Positions 22,905 to 35,768 of a stretch of DNA of 64,000 nt are shown here, piece after piece (the stretch's first letter is position 1; each line of letters opens with the position of its first letter). Source of the stretch: Planktothrix sp. GU0601_MAG3 (GTDB taxonomy: Bacteria > Cyanobacteriota > Cyanobacteriia > Cyanobacteriales > Microcoleaceae); the NCBI GenBank assembly GCA_035193785.1, contig CP136572.1, positions 2,804,578 through 2,868,577 of the forward strand. Reading direction: 5' to 3'. The notes under the pieces are model-generated. The model did no database searches, was not told the origin of the DNA, and worked only from the letters and a program-made list of their open reading frames with translations. A program made the translations under genes and the position numbers.

Positions 22905-23306
22905 TCAGGTTTCTAAACCCAAAATTGTAGTCCCATAGGAATGATGTTCTTTTTGATTATTCACATAGGCTTTAGCATCTTCTAATTGTTTACCTCCCAA
23001 CGTTAAAACCCCATATCCATGTTGCCAACTAAACCCTAAATTTGAAGCGGAAGGAGTATGATTCAAATGATAAGCACTACTCCCTTTAATATTTTTGACA
23101 AATTCAGAAACCGATAATTTCGGAGGTATAGAAACCACAAGATGAATGTGATCCTCCACACCCCCAATTGCATGAATAATACACCCCAAATAATCTGCTT
23201 TACCGATAATATAACCATAGAGTTCTGATTCTCGATCAGCCATTATCAAAGGTTGTCGGTTTTTTGTTGCCCACACTAAATGATAATATGTACGCCAAAA
23301 CGCCAT
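22905..23306 (-). CDS. tnpA: HUH Y1 transposase (IS200-like TnpA / RAYT-like)
   Basis: YHLVWATKNR, DHIH (HUH), KGSSA, WQHGYG, YVNNQ (catalytic Y). Confidence 0.9.
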   Translation of the reverse strand: MAFWRTYYHLVWATKNRQPLIMADRESELYGYIIGKADYLGCIIHAIGGVEDHIHLVVSIPPKLSVSEFVKNIKGSSAYHLNHTPSASNLGFSWQHGYGVLTLGGKQLEDAKAYVNNQKEHHSYGTTILGLET

Positions 23307-23798
23307 ATCAAATCCATCAATACCAGATCAAATGCCAATAGACTGAAATTATAACTTAAAGCAGATGACAATAAGCCAATTACCTGTATCAATATGTTTA
23401 TTATAATCCTCAGTAATCGGTGCATCAAATAGAAAGAAGATTTTCGTCTTCTCAGAGCAGATATCCAGATCGTTGTGGTAATGAACGAATAAAATAATAT
23501 AGTTAAACCGTTGGGGATCAATATTTTAGGAAAATCACCCGAAAAAAACCCAGAAAACTTTCAATTCCCTTAAGATTGTTTATAAAATAGTTAAGTTCAG
23601 GGAAAAGTTAACCTTTTACTATGACAATATAGATAATATAATATAGAGTTCTATTGGATCATGATCGTTAACTCGGGTGAGTTTGATGTGCGAGGTTGTG
23701 AACAAGTTGTAGACAGGGACAAGAACAGGTTTGAATACAAGCTTGCTTCCAATCTCCCACGCTTTTGATCATGATTTCATCTGGAGGATTTAAGTCTT

Positions 23799-26700
23799 AT
23801 GTCTCCCCAAGCTGACCTCCTAACCTTCCTTCAGGTCGTCCCTGTTTGTAACCATGACGCTTCCCTAGAAACGTTAGGAATTATTTTTTCCCAGGGTAAC
23901 TGTGAACAGGTTGTGATTGTCAACTCCCAATATCAGCCTCTAGGAATGATTTCGTTACGTCGTTTCCTTCCCTATCTGCTGAATCAGATTCCTGTTTCCC
24001 CGCCGACTCAGACCCAAGCGTCCGTCGGAGAAGTTTTTCAAGCCATCATTGAGCCGGTGATTGGCATTCCATCCCATCTGAAACCTACAAGAGTTCTGGC
24101 TCTATTTACAATATCAGAGTTCTCAAACCGGGCTGAATCAGACTCAAACTCAAAGCATATCCTTAGCTTTAGTGAATCGGGCTGGGGAATTTATCGGATT
24201 AATTGATAGTTTACAGGTGTTAGACCATTTAGCCAAACATTCCCAACCCTTCCCCCCCGTGGAGTCACCGAAAGCTTCGCCCCTGCAAACTTTCGACTCG
24301 AAAATAGAAACCCCCCAGGGATTAAGTGCTTTATCCCTGGGTAATTCTACCTTGCCCTATCATTTAATTGATTTTTTAAATGAACTACCTATCCCCTTAA
24401 TGATTCAACGGCATGATGGCACTATCATCAGTCAAAATTTAGCATGGCGATCGCTGATTGGGCGAGGGGCAGAAGTCGTACAGGAGGTCGCGGAAGCCGT
24501 AACCCGTTGGACTGAAACCCCCGAAATATTTTCTAAGCAGGAAAACGGACTGAATCACCCTTCAGAAACCTCTGGGAACTTGGGATTTTTGTCTAACCCC
24601 TTAACCCATATTTCTGAACCTGTCACCGCAAATTTAGCCGCCTTAGAAATGCCCCAATGGTGTCAACTGGGGAGTAAACCAGATACTTATATTTGCATTT
24701 GTCCTGTGGCTCAAAATCAAGAGCGGGTATGGCAATTTACCCGTCAACGATTGAACCAGGAATCGGAAATAGCATTATGTTTAGAACGGGAGACTAATGA
24801 CCTATGGTTAGTGTTAGCTCAGGACATTACAGAACAGCATCGAGTTGCCCAAGAACTCACCGCCAAAAATACCGATTTAATTCAACTAAATCGTATCAAA
24901 GATGAGTTTATGGCCTGTATTAGTCATGAACTAAAAACACCTCTAACCGCCGTATTGGGTCTATCGAGTTTATTAAAAGATCAAGTTTTAGGGGAATTGA
25001 ATGAAAGACAAACCCGTTATGCCCAACTGATTCATAAAAGTGGTCGTCACCTGATGTTAGTGGTGAATGATATTCTGGATTTAACCCGCATAGAAACCGG
25101 ACAATTAGAGTTAGTCCCAGAAACCTTTACATATTCATACCGTTTGTCAATCTGCCTTTGATTTAGCAATTCAACACTACCAAAGCCAGGATAAATCGGA
25201 TATTAAATTGCAAGCAGAAATTCTAGCTCAAGTTAAACGTCGATTTCACTTAGAAATTGAACCGGGTTTAGAAACCTTTATCGCGGACGATCTCCGATTA
25301 CGACAAATGTTAGTCAATTTGTTGTGTAATGCCCTAAAATTCGCCCCCGATGGGAGTGATTTTGGTCTACAAGTGAATCGTTGGGAAAATTGGGTGGCTT
25401 TTACGATTTGGGATCGAGGAATTGGGATTCCTGATGATAAACAACATCTGATTTTCCAAAAATTCCAACAGTTAGAAAGTCCCCTGACCCGTGAATTTGA
25501 AGGGACAGGACTGGGGTTAGTATTAACCCAACGTTTGGCTCGACTACATGGGGGAGATGTCAGCTTTATTTCTAAACCGAATCAAGGCAGTAAATTTACG
25601 CTATTATTACCGCCGAGTCCCCCCCGTCGTAATTGGGAATTGGGCAAAAAACTGGGTGGTCAATACCCTGAAGTTTCCAGTTATTCTCCTGTAGTTTCCT
25701 CGGAAAAATCGCGGTTAGTATTAGTGGTAGAAACCGTTCCCCAATTTATTGAAAACCTGAGCGAAAATCTCACAAATTTAGGGTATCGAGTTGTGGTAGC
25801 CCGTTCAGGAACAGAGGCGGTTGAAAAATCTCGTTGTTTACAACCTAGGGTAATTTTACTAAATCCTTTAATTCCTTTATTATCAGGTTGGGATGTTTTA
25901 ACCCTGCTAAAAACCGATATAAAAACCCATCAAATTCCGGTGATTGTCACCGCCACGTTAGGAGATAAACAACGGGCAACTATGAATCATTGTGATGGAT
26001 TTCTCCGCCTTCCGGTTCAAGGGTTAGAGTTAGAAAAAATGTTGGGAGAATTGCTACCAAAAGTTCCATGTTCGGTTCCACAACAGTTAATTATTCTTTG
26101 GCTGAGTTTATCAATAAATTCTCAAAGTTCAGCTTCAATGGAACCCTTAGAAAATAAAAACTCTATTTATCATTCAGCCCTATTTTTATCGCGGTTTTCC
26201 CATTGCCGAATTTTAGAAGTAGATGATATTAATCAAGCCGCCATCATGGCTCGAATTTGGCATCCTAACGTCATGGTTTTAGAAAGAGATAGTTCGATAA
26301 AAAATCCATCCTATCTGTTACAGGAAATTAGTCAACAAGAAAGTTTAGCCCGTTTGCCCATTGTTACCCTAGACCCCTTGACTACTCAAGTTGCTAATCA
26401 AATTGAAAACTTATCAGTTTTTCCTTGTTTAGCTAATTCTCCAGAAGACCAACTCAAAAATCAAAGTTTTCCTTTATCCATGAGTTCAGCTTTATTAGAA
26501 GTTGTCCAAATTGCGACTCGTTTGAGTTGGAAACCTAGTATTTTAGTGGTCGATTCTTCTGTTTTACCTGAAGAACAATTCGGTCATTTATTAGATTCTC
26601 AAGACCCTAATATTAACTCAGGGTTAAACCCGGAATTAATGTCGGGGTCTGACAACCAATTATACTGCAATTTTGCCAAAAATCCAATCCTTGATTCAGA

Positions 26701-27163
26701 CCGTATTGATCGGAGCGATGATATTAACTTTAGGATCGATCAAGCCCTGGTTCAATATATTGAAATTGCGGGATTTCAAGGAATTATGGGCAAAAGTTGG
26801 GAGGAAATTATTCGGAAAATTCAATGTAAAAGTTTGGATTTAATATTAATTTGTTTCCGGGGTAAATCTTTTGCCAATATCATTGAAGCCCTGTCAAATT
26901 TGGAAAAAATACAATCAAAAATTCCCATAATTATTTTAGCACAATCAGATATTAATATCTTGAATAAAACTATTAATAAAAAACGAAAAGATCAACCCTA
27001 TTCTAACGTTGAATTAGAGGAGCATATCTGGCAAAAAATGGCTATTTATTTGCAACGATTTACAGCTAGTTTTCCGATTAAAGTCTTACCCTTTAATTTA
27101 TCCGTAGATTCTTTGTTGGAGGAAATTAAAGTTTTATTGACTCACCCTAAACCCTATCAATGA
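23799..27163 (+). CDS. Hybrid sensor histidine kinase/response regulator (frameshifts near 24085 and 25125)
   Basis: SHELKTPL, NLLCNALKF, DRGIGI, GTGLGL; degenerate receiver domains; CBS-like N-terminus. Confidence 0.85.
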
Positions 27164-27264
27164 ATTCAGAATCCCCGACTGGCTCAAAGCTCACAACGCA
27201 GCCTGTTCCCTGTTCCCTATTCCCTATAAAGTTATATTATTTCATAATAAAACAGGAAAAAACT

Positions 27265-28900
27265 ATGCGCTGGTTTTCATCTTTTGCCTTAACAATAGCC
27301 TCTGTATTATTAACAACTCTCCCCGGAATTGCCGCAGAATTAATTATTATCCCGTTGGGAAAAACAAACATTTCTATCTCCATTGATTCCTTAGAAAATT
27401 ATGCCCAAAAAGGCACAATTAATCCCAAAGAATCTTTATCTACCTATTTACAACTATTAAGTCCTGAACAAAGACAAACCCTAATCCGACTATTGAAAAT
27501 TCGTTATACTAATCAATCTATTTCTATTCAACCCTTTTTTAATTCTCCCCTGATTTTAGCCTTTTTAAGCTATCTGGGAAATATTATTCAAACCCAATCG
27601 GGGGATAATGGAGTAGAAGCAATTCATACTAGCTTAATTGAGGTTTCTAATATACCCAATGGTTTTACTATTATAGATGTGCTGCGTCGGTTTCCTAGTC
27701 CAGAAATTCGCCTAAATGTTGAAAAAATATTAGAAATTTTGACCCGGATTCTTACTTTAGTTCAGCAAACTCATACCGTGACAAAATCCTTAGAAGTCTT
27801 ATCAAATATCGAAGCCAAAAAAGCTGATTTTACCGATTTTAGTCAAAAACCAGATTTACGGAAACCCGGAACATTCAAGAGTATTAAAAAAACCATAACA
27901 GTCAATAATCCTGAAAACAATCGTAACTTCGAGGTTGATATTTATTTACCCGATACTTCAACTCCTTCCGATAAAATTCATCCTGTGATTGTTATTTCCC
28001 ATGGGTTAGCTTCCGATCGTTCTCGCTTTGAAAGTTTAGCTCGACATCTCAACTCCTATGGGTTTGCTGTGGCGGTTTCCCCAACATCCAGGTAGTGATT
28101 ATCAACAATTTCAATCCTTACTTAAAGGGGAAGTGAAAGACCTATTTGAACCAGAACAATTTATTGATCGACCCCAAGATATAACCGCCTTATTGAATGA
28201 CTTAGAAAAACTCAATACCAGCGATTTTAATGATAGATTAGATTTAAAAAATGTCGGTGTAATTGGTCATTCCTTGGGTGGATATACGGCTTTGGTTTTA
28301 GCCGGAGCTACCCTCGATTTTACCCAACTTAGAACCCAATGTCAACCGTCGGATATTCCCTTAAATCCCTCGATTTTTCTTCAATGTCGGGCTTTGGAAC
28401 TTTCTGATAATAACTATAAACTCAAGGATTCAAGAGTCAAAGCTATTTTTGTATTAAATCCAGTGAATAGTATTATTTTAGGAAAATCGGGTTTAAGTAA
28501 AATTAAAATTCCCATTTTTATCACGGCGAGTACCGGAGATTTTCTCGCTCCTGTATTATCAGAACAGTTGCAGTCTTTTACTTGGCTAACCACTCCCGAA
28601 AAATATCTAATGATGCAAAATCATGCCACCCATTTTTACGATATTACTTCAGAAAATACCTCGGAACTCTCACAACTCCCTGAATTTGTCCCTCCTACTT
28701 CTGAAATTAGTCGAGACTATATTAAAGCCTTAAGTACGGCATTCTTCAAAACCTATTTAACTCAAGATTCTCAATACAAACCCTATCTAAATGCAGCTTA
28801 TATTCAAACCATTAGCGATCAAGCCTATCCTTTGAGTTTAATTCAATCCCTAACTCCCAATCAATTAACTAACGCAATTAAAGGGATAACTTCTGATTAA
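27265..28900 (+). CDS. DUF1400 + alpha/beta hydrolase (frameshift near 28078)
   Basis: Signal peptide, ISHGL, DRP.DI, GHSLGG, CRA, THF. Confidence 0.85.
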
Positions 28901-28991
28901 AATTAATAAATTTTAAATTTTAAAAAGGTTGACATTATTCGATTTTTAATGCTAATCTAAAAAGCAATGATATAACTCCCAGTTTGATTTT

Positions 28992-30678
28992 ATGTTGAAA
29001 CCTATTAACAATTCCCAGGACTATCAACCCAATAAAAACAATAAAAGAATTCGGTCTCTCTCGAATCAACTAATTAAAATTGGCTTAGGAATTCTATCGG
29101 GTTTAATGGCTACAACCTCCCCAACAATAGCCGCCGAACGAATTGCAGTTCGGTATAATGTCGGTACGGTTTTGATTCCCATTGAAGACTTAGCCACATT
29201 TGCTCGACAGGGAGAAATTTCGCCTGTTCTATCAATTTCTGAAAAAATTCTTAGCCCTGAAGATATAGAAAAACTGCGTCAACTGTTAGTTACTCCCATG
29301 ACCGCCAGTCCCTGGAGTATTCAACAATTTAATGACACCACTACGGGGACTGTGATTCTAACTCGCTTTGGCAATTTCATTCAAACCGATAATGGGGAAA
29401 ATGGTTTCAAGGCTTTAAAAACAGCAATTAATCAAGCTTCTAAACTTCCTGGAGGTTTAACTTTATTGGGGATTTTAGAAAACTTTCCGGGTAACAGGAT
29501 AGAAATTGACCTAAATTTTGCTCTCCAAGTGATTCAAGATTTATCTCAAATTATTTATGAAGATCAATCTATCATTAATTGGATTAGGCAACAGGCTCAA
29601 GCTGAAATCAATAATCCAGCCATTCAAAATCGACCGATTAATTTGAGAAATCCGGGTACAAATCAATGGAAAAAAGAATCCTTTACCTTTCAAAATCCTC
29701 AACGAAATCAGCCTTCTCCCGTGGATGTTTATATTCCCCAAATTTCAACCCCAGCCCCTGTAATTGTGATTTCCCATGGTTTAGGTTTCCGACCGAACAA
29801 CCTTCAAATATTTGGCGGAACATTTAGCCTCCCATGGCTATTTTGTAGCGGTTCCCGAACATTTAGAAACCAGTGCCAATGGGTTAGCTAATTTTCTACA
29901 GGGAAATGCTCAACCTCCAGGTGCAGAAGCATTTGTTGATCGTCCTTTAGATATTACTTCCGTACTTAATCTATTAGAAGAAAAGGCAAAAGAATCCGTA
30001 TTTCCTAGCCCTTTACTCTTAGATAATGTGGGGGTTATAGGTCAATCCTATGGCGGTTATACAGCTTTAGCAGTGGGGGGAGCGACCTTTAATACCGACA
30101 GAATTAATCAAGAGTGTGCAAAGGTTGCAGACCAGCAACTTAGTCTAAATATCTCGATATTACTGCAATGTCAAGCCACTTCTATTGCCAATAAAGGTTA
30201 TGATCTTCAGGATAAACGGGTCAAAGCGGTGATTGCTGTGAATCCGATTACCAGTGTGGTATTTGGACAAGAAGGCATGAGTCAAATTAAAATTCCCGTG
30301 TTAATGATTGGAGGAAGTGATGATTATGTAGCCCCGGCTGTTAGTGAACAAATTTATCCCTTTTCTTGGTTAACCAGCCCTAACAAATACCTAATGTTAT
30401 TAGAGAAAGGAACCCATTTTTCCTTCCTAGAATCTGGGGAGTCGGTGATTCCTGTCCCGCCTGAAATTATCGGCCCAAATCCAGAGTTAGCCTTTCCCTT
30501 TTTAAAAGCAATCAGTTTAGTGTTTTTTAATAGTTATATTCGAGGTCAAACCGAATATTTACCCTATTTGAATGCTGGTTATATCCAGAGACTTGAAACC
30601 TCTCCTTTTAGTTTGACAATTGTTAATTCTTTAACTTCAGAAAATATCCAAGAAGCAATTCGCAAAGTTCGCAAATAG
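28992..30678 (+). CDS. DUF1400 + alpha/beta hydrolase paralogue (frameshift near 29787)
   Basis: ISHGLG, DRPLDI, GQSYGG, THFS. Confidence 0.85.
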
Positions 30679-30728
30679 TTATAAAAATTGTGTAGTCACC
30701 TTACATCAACTCATTATTTAATTTTAAC

Positions 30729-31793
30729 ATGATTCAGCCGATTTACAATCCCCCTTTCACGCTAAAAAATGGTTTATTAATGACTATTTATGCAGCATTA
30801 AGAGCCAGTCGAACTTGGGAAAAACATATTCATTTACCGGAACCCACCTATCAAGAAATGGTTTTTTTAGGGGCTTTGGGCGTTCCGATTTATGGGATTG
30901 TGGCAATTCCTGAAAACCCCAGAGGAACAATTATTTCCACCTATGGAATTACTGGTACTTTAGACAATCAATGGTTTTTAAGAATTTGGGGAAGAAAAGC
31001 CTTTGCTGCGGGTTATGCTGTTGTTTTATTTGATTGGAGAGCCCACGGAAAAACCGCAGAATTATCTCCAACTTTAACCTCCGATGGTTTATATGAAGGG
31101 GAAGATTTTGTTAGAATTGCGGCTCAATCTAAATTAATGGGTTGTCCGGCTCCTTTTTGGTTTACGGGTTATTCTTTAGGGGGACAATTAGCATTATGGG
31201 GGATTAAAACGGCTCAAACCGTCAATCAATGGGGAGCGGATTTAGACCTGCAAGATTCGGATATTGCTGGAGGTGCCGTGATTTGTCCCAGTTTAGATTC
31301 TACTCGTTCCCTATCTTATTTAGTCCAACATTCCTGGGGAAAATATTTAGAAAGAGCCATTACAAAAGAACTCAAAAAATTAGCGAGAAACCTTCATCAG
31401 TATCATCCTAATGATATTGATCCCGAGGCAATTAAACGGGCAAATTCAATCTGGGGATTTGACAATGAATTAGTGATTGGACGCTTAGGATTTAAGAGTG
31501 TGGAAGCTTATTATGAAGCCAGTAGTGGGTTACAGTTAATTCCTAAAATCAGTAAACCCACGTTGATTTTATATGCCGAGGATGATCCTCTATTTGATCC
31601 AACTATTATTCCCGATTTAAAAGCCGCCAGTCATCAGAATACAGCTATTGATTTAGTATCAACTAATTATGGGGGTCATGTCGGTTATATTAGTAGTAAA
31701 ATTTGCCAAAATCAATTTAATGACCCTGACCGATGGTGGGCTTGGAATCGAATTTTAGATTGGCTTGATCAACAGGAAAAACCAAAAAATTAG
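30729..31793 (+). CDS. YheT-like alpha/beta hydrolase
   Basis: GYSLGG, DDP, GGHVG. Confidence 0.85.
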   Translation: MIQPIYNPPFTLKNGLLMTIYAALRASRTWEKHIHLPEPTYQEMVFLGALGVPIYGIVAIPENPRGTIISTYGITGTLDNQWFLRIWGRKAFAAGYAVVLFDWRAHGKTAELSPTLTSDGLYEGEDFVRIAAQSKLMGCPAPFWFTGYSLGGQLALWGIKTAQTVNQWGADLDLQDSDIAGGAVICPSLDSTRSLSYLVQHSWGKYLERAITKELKKLARNLHQYHPNDIDPEAIKRANSIWGFDNELVIGRLGFKSVEAYYEASSGLQLIPKISKPTLILYAEDDPLFDPTIIPDLKAASHQNTAIDLVSTNYGGHVGYISSKICQNQFNDPDRWWAWNRILDWLDQQEKPKN

Positions 31794-31877
31794 TTATAAT
31801 ATTAAAGTTGATTTGGTTAATATTATTATGAAATAGATAGGCTAAAATTAATTAAAATAACTTCGGAGGTAAAATCC

Positions 31878-32441
31878 ATGGTACAAACCCCATCTAAAAT
31901 TATCACTGTAGCAGAGTTTCTGAAACAACCTGAAACGAAACCTGCTAGTGAATATATTGAAGGTCAAATCATCCAAAAACCCATGCCCCAAGGAAAACAT
32001 AGTACAATTCAAACTGAACTTTCAACTGCAATCAATTCTGTTCTAAAACCTGGGCGAATTGCCAGAGCTTTTTCTGAACTGCGGTGTACTTTTGAGGAAC
32101 GTTCAATTGTTCCTGATGTTTCTGTTTTTACTTGGGACAGAATTCCTCGGGATGAGAATGGTGCAATTGCTAATAGTTTTTTAATCGCACCGGACTGGAT
32201 GATTGAAATTTTATCCCCTGATCAAAGTCCAACAAAAGTGATTAAAAAAATTCTCTATTGTCTAAATCATCAAACTCAAATAGCTTGGTTAATTGATCCC
32301 GAAGAACAATCTATCTTTGTTTATCACGCTCAACAACAAACAGAGGTTTTTGAACAACCGGAATCACTAATATCTGTTCCCCCATTTGCCACGGATATTA
32401 AACTAACAGTTGGCGAGTTATTCGCTTGGCTTTTAGAATAA
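31878..32441 (+). CDS. Uma2-family (DUF820) putative endonuclease
   Basis: PETKPASEY, VPD, APDWMIEILSP, WLIDP. Confidence 0.92.
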   Translation: MVQTPSKIITVAEFLKQPETKPASEYIEGQIIQKPMPQGKHSTIQTELSTAINSVLKPGRIARAFSELRCTFEERSIVPDVSVFTWDRIPRDENGAIANSFLIAPDWMIEILSPDQSPTKVIKKILYCLNHQTQIAWLIDPEEQSIFVYHAQQQTEVFEQPESLISVPPFATDIKLTVGELFAWLLE

Positions 32442-32720
32442 AAAGGTGATACAATATTGTTAATAAATATTGAAAAATATGCCAATTAACCCTAAAAATA
32501 CTCTACAATTTAATAAGGTAAATTGCCACCAGGAGTATTAAACTCTAAAAACTATTGTCATCAATTGTTGACGATTAACGAACCAAACAGTCAGCCATTG
32601 GGGAAAACTAGGAATCTGAGTTGTTCAGTAACAGTTATATTAATATATTGAACAATCTTGACCGTGAATATCGATTAAGATGACTAACCACCAATACTCA
32701 AAAGTTTAACGGAAACAACT

Positions 32721-34206
32721 ATGGGAAAACCGACCGGCTTCTTAGAATATCTGCGGGAGTTACCGTCTGAACTCGCCCCCCTTGACCGGGTTCATAACTG
32801 GGATGAGTTTCATCTGCCCATGGAGGAGGACAAACTTCGCACCCAAGCCGCCCGTTGTATGGACTGCGGCACGCCGTTTTGCCATACGGGAACAATTATT
32901 AGTGGCATGGCCAGTGGTTGTCCGATTAATAACCTAATCCCGGAATGGAATGATTTAATTTATCGGGGACTGTGGAAAGAGGCCCTAGACCGTCTGCACA
33001 AAACCAATAATTTCCCCGAATTTACGGGTCGGGTTTGTCCGGCGCCCTGCGAGGGTTTCCTGTGTTTTGGGCATTCATAACCCTCCGGTGACGATTAAAA
33101 ATATTGAATGTTCGATTATTGATAAGGGTTGGGAGGAGGGTTGGATCACCCCAGAACCCCCGGCTAAACGCACTGGAAAGAAAGTCGCGGTGATTGGTTC
33201 TGGCCCGGCGGGGTTATCGGCGGCGGCCCAACTGAATAAAGCGGGTCATTCCGTCACGGTCTTTGAACGGGCTGATCGTCCAGGGGGCTTGTTAATGTAC
33301 GGTATCCCGAATATGAAGCTGGATAAGGAACAGGTGGTATTGCGGCGTCTGAAGGTCTTGGAAGACGAGGGCGTGAAGTTTATTTGCAATACGGAAGTGG
33401 GTAAGGACTTTCCTGCCGAAAATCTGTTAAAAGAGTTTGATGCGGTACTTTTATGTACGGGAGCCACGAAACCCAGGGATCTCCCGATTCCAGGGCGCGA
33501 CCTCAAGGGGATTCATTTTGCCATGGAGTTCCTCACCGCCAATACGCAAGCGGTTTTAAATAAGCAACCCGGCAGTGATTTTATCTCCGCCGAAGGTAAG
33601 GATGTGGTGATTATTGGGGGTGGGGATACGGGGACGGACTGCGTAGGAACCTCTATTCGTCACGGTTGCAATACGGTTGTCCAGTTGGAAATTCTGCCCC
33701 AACCGCCCTCGGAACGGGCTGCCAATAATCCTTGGCCGGAGTGGCCGAAGGTTTATAAAATGGATTATGGTCAGGAGGAAGCCGCCGCTAAATTTGGCTC
33801 CGATCCTCGGGTTTATCTAACCACGGCAACTAAGTTTGAAGGGGATGAACAGGGGAATGTGAAAGCTATTCATACCGTTGAGGTGGAATGGGCGAAAAAT
33901 GAGCAGGGGCAATTTATTCCTAAGCATATTCCCGGCACGGAAAAGGTGACTCCCACCCAATTAGTGTTACTGGCGATGGGATTTCTGGGGCCAGAACAAC
34001 CGTTATTAGACAGTTTGGGTTTAGAACGGGATGCCCGCAGTAATGTTAAAGCCGAATATGACAAGTATGCTACCAGTATTCCTGGGGTGTTTGCGGCGGG
34101 CGATTGTCGTCGGGGCCAAAGTCTTGTGGTTTGGGCTTTTAATGAAGGTCGTGGTGTCGCCCGGGAATGTGATTTATATTTGATGGGACAGACGGATTTG
34201 CCTTAA
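32721..34206 (+). CDS. gltD: NADH-glutamate synthase small subunit (frameshift near 33057)
   Basis: [43 protein letters not shown]. Confidence 0.95.
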
Positions 34207-34217
34207 TTGTTGCTTAG

Positions 34218-34247
34218 AAATCCCTCCTTTTTTTTGGGGGGATTTTT
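34218..34247 (+). terminator. gltD terminator
   Basis: AAATCCCTCC..GGGGGGATTT stem followed by T residues. Confidence 0.65.
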
Positions 34248-34303
34248 GAAGAACAAATACACGAAGACTGGAAGATAAATTTAAGTTGCGATCGCCCTAC
34301 TCT

Positions 34304-34545
34304 TTATGTTCTCCAGTTTTCTATTGTTAAATTGATAACGGTTTGGATGCGGGTAAAGTCGCTATCAGATGTCACTAAGGTAAGATCATAACACCCGGTA
34401 ATAGCAGCTATCATAGATCGTTTTCATCAAAACCTAATTCTGTAATTTTAGTTGTTTTTCGTTTCGTTTTTTGTTGAGGGCTAAATTCCTTGATTAAGGC
34501 TGCTTTAATCTGTCCATAGACTTTGGCTGTTTCTTCATCAATAGA
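34304..34545 (-). pseudogene. vapC: C-terminal fragment of a PIN-domain (VapC) toxin
   Basis: IDEETAKVYGQIK..DENDL(W)IAA..LTLVTSDSDF..IENW. The N-terminal LDTN motif and any antitoxin are absent. Confidence 0.75.
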
Positions 34546-34689
34546 ACTCTTGCAAAATAATTTTATGGTATTATGGTAAGTCTTGCTCAATTTCATAAAA
34601 TCCCAGAGACTAACCATTCTTCACAAAGTTTTGCTAAAAACTCCATAAAATGGTAAAAATTAAAAGTGAATTTAGACAATAACTCTGCG

Positions 34690-35635
34690 ATGAACACTCA
34701 ATTTTACCTAAATTTGAAACCTCTTGTCGGGAATATTTCAAAAGTTTTTCTAACAATTGTGAGTTACTTCTTTCTGGTAACAACCGCCCAAGCAAAAGAG
34801 TATAAAGTTTACTATCTGGGGGGTCAATCCAACATGGAAGGCTATGGTTATGTTCGGGATTTACCTCAAGAACTGAATGCACCTGTCAAAGGTGTCATGA
34901 TCTATCAGGGAAACTCAGCACCTGATGGCGGGAAAATTGATGGCGTGGGAATTTGGGAGGAACTAAAACCGGGACATGGAGTTAATTTTCACAGTAACGG
35001 TCAAACCAATTCTTATTCTGATCGCTTCGGAGTCGAATTAAGCTTTGCACGGCGTTTGTTAGAATTACAACCTAACTCCAATATTGCCATTATTAAATAC
35101 GCCAGAGGCGGAACGTCACTGGATAGCGGTGCAAGTGGCCGGTTTGGCAATTGGGAAACCCGATTACAACGACGGTAATGGAGTGAATCAATACGATCAC
35201 TTTCTGGCGACTGTCAAAAATGCCATGGCCGTTCAAGATATTGACGGAGATGGTGAATCAGATGTATTGACTCCTGTGGGAATCGTTTGGATGCAGGGAG
35301 AGAGCGATGCAGCGCATACACTAGATATTGCAGAACGATATGAGAGCCATTTGAAACGGATCATTGATCTGTTTCGGGCTGCGTTTCGTACCGACGATCT
35401 TCCTGTTGTTATTGGTCGAATTTCAGATTCGGGTCAGGGTGATGGGGGGAAAGTGTGGAAATATGGAGCAGTAATTCGCAATGCTCAAGCTCAGTTTGTG
35501 CAAAAAGATGGCTATGCTGCCTTAGTCACAACAACGGATAATCACAAATATTCTGATCCGTGGCATTATCAGAGTGACGATTACTTGGATTTAGGTTCCC
35601 ACTTTGCTGAGGCTATTGTAAAGTTGGAGCCTTGA
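34690..35635 (+). CDS. Sialate O-acetylesterase / CE6 SGNH hydrolase (frameshift near 35158)
   Basis: GGQSNM, GGTSL, WMQGESD, DPWH. Confidence 0.85.
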
Positions 35636-35747
35636 TTTCCTTGTTGAGTGTGCCATTGGCGGGAGTCCTGTTATAGATAGAAGTTTAATTGCTAACCTGA
35701 ACTGCTCTATCTTTTATTAAAAGTTCAACTTTAAATTGTTGGGAAGA

Positions 35748-35768
35748 AAGCCCTGAAGGGCTTACTAC
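35748..35768 (-). repeat. REP-like GTAG-T-AAGCCCTTCAGGGCTT
   Basis: Hairpin with a GTAG foot; its TAG is the CYTH stop codon. Confidence 0.7.
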
